The notes below the pieces were generated by a model. That model was given only the letters and a program-made list of their open reading frames with translations, made no database searches and was not told where the DNA came from. From Pocillopora verrucosa (Eukaryota): 64,000 bases of DNA. Every line of letters starts with the position of its first letter. Within the stretch, counting starts at the first letter, position 1. The stretch is taken from NCBI RefSeq assembly GCF_036669915.1, contig NC_089312.1, positions 251,991 to 315,990 on the forward strand. Direction: 5' to 3'. Below, one piece after another: positions 58,483 to 64,000 of the stretch. The translations under genes were made by a program, and so were the position numbers.

Positions 58483-58849
58483 TTAAAGAACGTCATCAGT
58501 CATTATCATCATAAAATGGAATGGTGTTATGCCTTTCTAAAAGACATTACTATTATAAAAGATACCATAAAAACCATCTGGATATGAGAAGGAACTACTT
58601 TTTCAGTGAACTGTATCACGATTTAAGTAAGCTGGACCTGCATGCTACAAAATTGATAACTATCCACCTATGTAGAGAAAGATGTTTTTTAATCGTCTTG
58701 TCACGAGCACACTATCCTCCTATTTCTTGGATTAGTGGCATACTACAAAGGGCTGAGACTCAAAAAGGCATCTTCAGAAACTTTTGACGGTGGCCAATTT
58801 AATTTGACAGTTGCCAATTCATTTGACAAAACTAAACTATCTTGTAGTG

Positions 58850-58864
58850 CCCCCCCCCCCCCCC
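58850..58864. repeat. C(15) homopolymer in DUSP11 intron 1
   Basis: Read directly. Confidence 0.9.
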
Positions 58865-59078
58865 ACCAATGCAGCACCTCTTTTTCTTCATAATCTTACC
58901 CCCTTCTGACAAACCAAGTGGTCAAAAATGAACATATTTTTGTTCACATATAATGTTAAAAGACAGGTTTGTTTGACGTATTTTAAAAAAACCTTTTAAA
59001 ACCCCTTGAATTTGTTAGGAAATGTTAAGATTGTTTGTCAGCAATGATCAGCAATGACTTTGATTTATTTTATAACAG

Positions 59079-59154
59079 GTGGAGAGACTATAAACCATGT
59101 GGGGTACCCATACCAGGAGAGAGAATTATTGCATTTAAGACACCTTTGTCACAT
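59079..59154 (+). CDS. DUSP11: DUSP11 exon 2 (KWRDYKPCGVPIPGERIIAFKTPLSH)
   Basis: The acceptor is tttataacag| and the donor CAT|gtaagg. It matches human DUSP11 RWKDYLPVGQRMPGTRFIAFKVPLQ. Confidence 0.85.
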
Positions 59155-59321
59155 GTAAGGTGAAATAAAAACATGTTAGTGATTTCTGAAATGAAGTATC
59201 GCTCATGTTGTCAAGATATCAGTACTGAAAACAATCACCAACTGCTGTCTTTTTTAGCACTACCCTACATCTTAGAACTGACAGGGCTTTGAATTTACTT
59301 AGAAATACTATCTTGTTGCAG

Positions 59322-59371
59322 CAATATGACAATGAAAGTGATCAAGACAATGGAATCAAACCGCATGAAAG
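59322..59371 (+). CDS. DUSP11: DUSP11 exon 3 (QYDNESDQDNGIKPHE)
   Basis: The acceptor is tcttgttgcag| and the donor AAAG|gtaggt; it is phase-consistent. Confidence 0.6.
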
Positions 59372-59498
59372 GTAGGTACAGTGTTATTTACTAGACATGT
59401 GGATGCTAATTTTTTAAAATTTCTGTTCACATTTTTTCATCACACACTTTAAAAACTGCGCTTTCAATATCTTTCATCAGTTTTTAATCTTTTTTAAG

Positions 59499-59598
59499 GT
59501 TTACACCGATGGATCTGCTGAATTGCCTCAACCGAAAGCATATAAAACTTGGAATGGTTGTGGACTTCACTAACACTTACAGATATTATAATTACAGG
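59499..59598 (+). CDS. DUSP11: DUSP11 exon 4 (RFTPMDLLNCLNRKHIKLGMVVDFTNTYRYYNYR)
   Basis: The acceptor is cttttttaag| and the donor AGG|gtatgt. It matches human FSPLDLFNKIREQNEELGLIIDLTYTQRYY. Confidence 0.85.
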
Positions 59599-59808
59599 GT
59601 ATGTAGATCAAAGAATAATGTTAGCTTCTTTTTTTCATACATATTTTTCATACATTTAATACAGCAACTCTGTGGGAGGAAAAATAAGTTAAAGGTTATT
59701 GCAACGGTGTTCACATTGAAAGATCTTGAAAATTAGACAAGCTTTGTTGTTAGGCATCATGATTTCTACCAAAACAGTAATAGATTTATTGATCATATAT
59801 TGTTAAAG

Positions 59809-59888
59809 GAGCTCTCTGACCATGGCATACTTCATTGCAAGATCAAATGTGTTGGAAAAGAAATTCCAGATGAAAATGTGGTAAAAAG
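59809..59888 (+). CDS. DUSP11: DUSP11 exon 5 (ELSDHGILHCKIKCVGKEIPDENVVK)
   Basis: The acceptor is atattgttaaag| and the donor AG|gtaagg. It matches human …PYLKIFTVGHQVPDDETIFKFK. Confidence 0.8.
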
Positions 59889-59972
59889 GTAAGGAATAAT
59901 TTGAATAATGTAATTGGGATCTGGATAACCATTCTTGGTACATTTAAAAAGCAATGTTACATTCTTCCAAAG

Positions 59973-60019
59973 GTTTAAGACTGAGGTCTGCAGCTTTCTG
60001 GATAAGAGGAGTAACTCAG
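59973..60019 (+). CDS. DUSP11: DUSP11 exon 6 (RFKTEVCSFLDKRSNS)
   Basis: The acceptor is ttcttccaaag| and the donor CAG|gtgaga. Confidence 0.7.
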
Positions 60020-60104
60020 GTGAGAAACATAATGGTGCAAACAGTTTACTCCTTTAGTCTGTTGAATCCCATATGATATGTTACCATCTTTAATTTTTCT
60101 CCAG

Positions 60105-60165
60105 ATGCTGTTGTTGGGGTCCACTGTACTCATGGTCTAAACAGAAGTGGTTATGTAGTTTGTAG
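60105..60165 (+). CDS. DUSP11: DUSP11 exon 7 with the catalytic CX5R P-loop (DAVVGVHCTHGLNRSGYVVC)
   Basis: The acceptor is ttttctccag| and the donor AG|gtgaga. It is identical in pattern to human IGVHCTHGLNRTGYLICR (HCxxGxxRS/T). Confidence 0.9.
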
Positions 60166-60288
60166 GTGAGAAGAAGTGACATACAATAGTACAAAAAGTG
60201 ATTTCATTATGTGATTGGGAAATTCTATTTCAACGAAGAACAACATTTGAGTTTCAACTGATGTAATGAATCCACTTGTTCATTTTAG

Positions 60289-60335
60289 ATATCTTATTGA
60301 ATGCAGAGGATACACCCCTGAAGAGGCTATCAAAG
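60289..60335 (+). CDS. DUSP11: DUSP11 exon 8 (RYLIECRGYTPEEAIK)
   Basis: The acceptor is ttcattttag| and the donor AAAG|gtacaa. It matches human RYLIDVEGVRPDDAIE. Confidence 0.85.
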
Positions 60336-60842
60336 GTACAATAAGCTGTGAGGTCAAAGACAAAATCTTTTCAGATAACGCTACAATGAGTGTTACACAA
60401 GTTGAATAATCAGAGATTGATTCTCTTTTGCGTGACTTTGCTTTGTGATTGGTCCTGAAAACTCCCGCTACTCTCTCAACCAATCAAATTCAAAGCTAAC
60501 ACTACTACGACTTGGTCGCCCTCGTTTTCCCGCACAGTCGCCTTGTTTTACTTTGAGTTCTCATTGGCTCTCAAAGGTATTTTTCTTTCTTCTGATTGGC
60601 TGTTGTGGTTACTCTAGTTTTGGTTTTACGATACTCAATCGAAAAGCGCTCTACTGAGTAAACCTCTCATTTACCTAAAAGGAAAATAGCTATTTTCGCC
60701 GTCATCTCTTCTTTGACCAGATTGTTTCTGAAAGTAATCTGCGAACTTGCTTTTTATTTCCAACCTGTTGAGACCTACTGTTGTGATGAATGAATTTAGA
60801 ATAACACTTAGAAACTTTTTTTGTTCTTAATTACTTTTCCAG

Positions 60843-60918
60843 CATTTAATAAAGCTCGAGGACATGATATGGAGCGTGAGAATTACCTGGAGGATCTTCA
60901 TAAAAAAATCCCCGAATT
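60843..60918 (+). CDS. DUSP11: DUSP11 exon 9 (AFNKARGHDMERENYLEDLHKKIPE)
   Basis: The acceptor is ttacttttccag| and the donor TT|gtgagt. It matches human LFNRCRGHCLERQNYIEDL. If the transcript is left unspliced, an in-frame TGA follows immediately (60919-60921). Confidence 0.8.
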
Positions 60919-61050
60919 GTGAGTAAACTATTCAATTTCTTTTTACACGATTTTGTTACGCTAAGATAAATACACGTCACAAAGTAATGTATGGCAAGCC
61001 ACTTCCTGCATACCATTTAAATTTGTATGAAATTTTGTCACTTTTAATAG

Positions 61051-61612
61051 CGATTTCACGTCTTTCGTTCGTGTTGGGGATAACCGGAAACAGGACGAAA
61101 TTCAATTTGACAGACCAAGACATCTCCATACCAACTCAAGATATGCCTCAAGGAACGACGCATTTGAAGAGAACAAAACAAACTCGAGATCTTCTAACTA
61201 CATCAGGGGAAGTACAAGTGGTTACAACGACTTCAGATCGCGTTATCAACAAGTCGATCGTTATCAACCTACAGGCACCCCAACCCAACGTAGACATTAC
61301 ACGGAAAGGAGGTTTAGAAGCGAACGACACAGGGAAGATGATCATGATACTTATTCTCGCTACGATGATTCTAATAGAACTTATTATAATCCTGAACGTG
61401 ACCATCGTAATTATCCCGAAAGGAATTATAATGATCACGGTGATGGTTATTTTTATTCTGATAATTACTGTGAATATGGTAGGGAATATGAAACATATGC
61501 AAGCTCCAGTCGACCTAGAAGAAGTCGAGAGGACTCTTACAGGCGCGATCACGTAAAGAGAACTTCCTTAGTTAGGGATCGACCGAAGCCATACGCTCAG
61601 CGCAGAAAATAA
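61051..61612 (+). CDS. DUSP11: DUSP11 terminal exon encoding a ~187-aa R/D/Y/E/S-rich low-complexity tail (…RYASRNDAFEENKTNSRSSNYIRGSTSGYNDFRSRYQQVDRYQPTGTPTQRRHYTERRFRSERHREDDHDTYSRYDDSNRTYYNPERDHRNYPERNYNDHGDGYFYSDNYCEYGREYETYASSSRPRRSREDSYRRDHVKRTSLVRDRPKPYAQRRK*)
   Basis: The acceptor is cttttaatag| at 61043-61050. There is a 188-codon open frame in a frame with no ATG, so it is absent from the ORF track, which instead lists two overlapping wrong-frame ORFs (60987-61556 plus, 61148-61552 minus). The stop is TAA at 61610-61612. An arginine-rich tail is characteristic of DUSP11/PIR1. Confidence 0.65.
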
Positions 61613-62623
61613 CGTTCTTAAAACTAAAAGGTCAAGGTTCATTATTATTTTTACTTCAAAGGGCTTAGATGATCTAGTGTGCCGTGATGGGTTTCCTAAG
61701 TCATGCCACCTTCACGAACGATCAGATTCAAAACTAGAACATAGTTAGTAGAGGGGACTCTACTAACTATGACTAACTATGACTAGAATCAATCGCGACT
61801 TGTTTCCATTCCTTTCAACCAGCTACAGGTAGTTGGTTCGTTGTTGCTTCCAGTCATTAGGATTACTTCTGCCAGACGACAGCCTTTTCGACAGCGCCCT
61901 AAGATTCGTGTATTGCAAGCTACCACATTTTAATCGAAAAAAATTTTAATCGCTCAGTTATACCTTAATATTAGTCTTTTTACTTTAAACAGTTCCCAGT
62001 TTAGAATATAAGCTGAGTTTTTCAATAGAAAACTGTCACGACGTTGAAAATGATTTTTTTAGTGCTAGTAATAGGTGAGGACGCTTTGATATCTTAAGAT
62101 TTTATGATATGTATCTTATACTTAGAGGTGGAGTGGAAAATATAGCTGAAAACCGACCAGAGTAATTTTATTTAAATCTGTATAAATACGTTTTCAAAAG
62201 GATTGGGTATGAGAAAGAAAAAAGCTAACAACTATTTTCCCTCTGAAACGCTAAATTCTTTGGACAGATGCAGTCACCCAGATAAAAAGAGAATCACTAA
62301 TTACGTCCTCAAGACAGTTTGAAAAATTTACTTCTGGTCTACTTGCTCTGATTTTGGTTATTTAAAAACAAAGCTGACATTTTAGAAGTGATGGAACACT
62401 TAAAAACATTTGAACAGATGACACTGAAATACAAACTGGCAAAAAATTACAGGCAACGTAGCTTTATACATTTGAAATCAATACTGAAAGGGCTGGTGTA
62501 CTCACGAACATGGAAAGCAGAGTATTCTTTGACTATTATATGTTTGATTATTATTAAAAGTAAATTACTAATTTCAAAGTCTCGGGCACCGCTGCGGAGC
62601 CTTTCGGGTATACAATGTGACTG

Positions 62624-63537
62624 TCACGTGGGGGCAAGAAATTCTGACAGTAAGCTTCCCTTCCGGGCAAGTAGAGCATTTGGACTATCCATTTCCACAA
62701 TCCTCCCTTGTTCCATAACAACAACGCGGTCGTGGTGCAGAATTGTTTCCAGTCCAATAGGTCCATACGCAACCGTGATCACTGAAGAATTGGCAAACTG
62801 GTTCTTGACAACACTATGGATTATGCGCAATGTGGTGAAGTCGACGCCTGAGACAACTCCATCAAAAATCACGATTTTCTTCTTCTGTAGTATCGCACGA
62901 GCGAGAGACAACAACAGCAGCCGAGAATTGGAGAAGTTCACAGACTGTGTCATCATGTAGTCTAGCCCCCCAGGCAGTCCTTTCACATATTCTTTCATTG
63001 TCACGGTATCCAAAACGTTCCACAACTCTTCGTCTTCATGTTTCTCTTCCGGGTCAAGGTTTTTTCGTATTGAAGCCGTAAAAATGAATGGTGTTTGCTG
63101 AAGTGTGCAGAAAGCTTTCCTCGCTTCTCGGAGATTAATCGTTGCTAGTGAAATATCATCGACCCATACCTCCTGTTGGGATCCTTTTGACAGAAGCATA
63201 AGTTTAGAAGCAAAGGAGATCGTCTTTGCGTTTTTTTGGCCTATGATACAAACTTTCTCTCTTGGCTCAATGCTTAAAGACAACGTTTCAAATGATACCC
63301 GTCGACGACCGTAGGTGTGAGACAATAAGGAATCGCTGACACACACGGCGCCCTCCTTCGGCCAATCTTCGGGTAGCTTCGTGTCATTCTGGTGACTAGA
63401 CTCGGAGCGCATGTCATGGAAACTCATCAATCGGGCCGCTGAAGTCATGTCCTGTTCTATGTTTTTGACGAGAAATGGAATAATAGCAATTCCTACAACA
63501 AGCTGTCTGACAAATGTCAACGACAGAGCGACAAAAG
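62624..63537 (-). CDS. 3'-terminal coding exon of an ABCC/MRP-type ABC transporter (end of TMD2 plus NBD2) whose NBD2 is degenerate in every catalytic motif; the gene continues beyond the window end
   Basis: It aligns collinearly with the MRP1 C-terminus (…LPEDWPKEGAV / WPQVGRVEF…; …IRKNLDPEEKHEDEELWNVLD / [21 protein letters not shown]…; GLPGGLDYMMTQ / [41 protein letters not shown] / LLRKTKILVLDEATAAVD). The motifs are altered as follows: Walker A GRTGAGKSS becomes GQKNAKTIS; the signature LSVGQ becomes FSNSR; Walker B DE becomes DG; the H-loop AHR becomes AYG. The acceptor is ttttttctttttcag|CT (minus), the stop TGA is at 62624-62626, and the 305-codon frame is uninterrupted. Confidence 0.7.
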
Positions 63538-64000
63538 CTGAAAAAGAAAAAATTCGTTCCTGGTCAGCCAGCACTATGTATGTTGGTAAATGCTTCAAAG
63601 AAGTTAGTTACTCAATACCGTACCTTCAAGCCCTAGCTGGGGTAAGCTGGTTTTGCCTCAACGATTCCCTTCAATTTTTCCCGGACAAAAACCAAAAGTA
63701 ACTTAGTCACATCTGACGAAATGTTTGCAAATAAGCTGGAGAATTAGCTACAAATGCTTCGGTTCCAGAGGAGAGGGGGGGGGCAACAGTTCTTCAGTGT
63801 AACCCCATCTAATATCTCCTTAATACCACTAAAATATTCCTGACGGAAGGCGGTCATATCTACCGGGTTCCATTAGAGTCCGTTAACTTTCAGAAGTCAA
63901 GTTGGGATGCAAGTTAAACATTCGACGTAGTCATTTAGGAGTTATTTAGTTTCATTTATCAGTCAATCATGACTTACACTTACTGTTGTTGCTTGTGAAG

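Noticed and set aside
60987-61556. 189-aa plus-strand ORF rich in Ile/Leu/Val/Met, and the overlapping 134-aa minus-strand ORF at 61148-61552.
   Set aside because: Both are alternative-frame or antisense readings of the DUSP11 terminal exon, whose true frame (R/D/Y-rich, no ATG) is a third frame. The hydrophobic 'membrane-like' sequences are artefacts of the codon-repetitive AT-rich sequence.
62388-62960. 190-aa plus-strand ORF and a 72-aa minus-strand ORF overlapping the ABCC exon.
   Set aside because: They are an antisense and an alternate frame of the ABC-transporter exon. The sequence shows no similarity to anything recognisable, whereas the minus-strand frame aligns along its length to MRP-type NBD2.
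63600-63650. Plus-strand GGTAAG (63640-63645) following the 96-aa ORF 63411-63701, suggesting a plus-strand exon.
   Set aside because: The ORF is antisense or adjacent to the ABCC exon/intron, has no protein similarity, and isolated GGTAAG hexamers are frequent; it was judged coincidental.

Overview
This is AT-rich eukaryotic nuclear DNA from an invertebrate-type metazoan, not a prokaryotic locus. It has spliced multi-exon genes with GT-AG introns, tRNA-derived SINEs and MITEs, and no operons. The six-frame ORF track accepts TTG/GTG/CTG starts and prints them as M, so many listed 'M' starts are not ATG; I re-derived the gene models by hand from splice sites, reading-frame phase and remembered homologies.

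Gene content, left to right:
- ~1-13.6 kb is gene-poor. The only signals are a promoter-like CCAAT/CCAAT/CRE cluster at ~506-585 and a GC-rich inverted repeat at ~11.5-11.7 kb.
- A cysteine-containing LRR (FBXL/AMN1-like) gene on the minus strand (13608-~15942) lies head-to-head with a 10-exon DCLRE1A/SNM1A DNA cross-link repair gene on the plus strand (16226-21479; UBZ4 plus PBZ zinc fingers, metallo-beta-lactamase/beta-CASP).
- Cyclin J (minus, ~24.4-25.8 kb) lies head-to-head with a 30-exon major vault protein (MVP) gene (plus, 26158-37528).
- An intronless SoxE-type HMG-box gene sits on the plus strand (40365-41714).
- A minus-strand gene of unknown identity has a 1.6-kb single coding exon (51899-53498) and probable 3' exons down to ~46.6 kb.
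- ROMO1 (minus, 2 exons) lies head-to-head with a 10-exon DUSP11/PIR1-like RNA phosphatase gene (plus, 58164-61612).
- The last exon(s) of an ABCC/MRP-type ABC transporter run off the right edge on the minus strand. The second nucleotide-binding domain they encode has lost every catalytic consensus motif.

Repeats: a piggyBac-like MITE family (TTAA target sites, CCC..GGG termini) with at least 5 copies, 4 of them in introns (one carrying a nested tRNA-derived fragment); a 511-bp Tc1/mariner-like MITE with perfect 24-bp TIRs and a TA target-site duplication; two tRNA-derived SINEs near the cyclin J 3' end; and several micro/minisatellites and homopolymer runs. Exon coordinates are hand-derived and may be off by a few nt; no database search was run.
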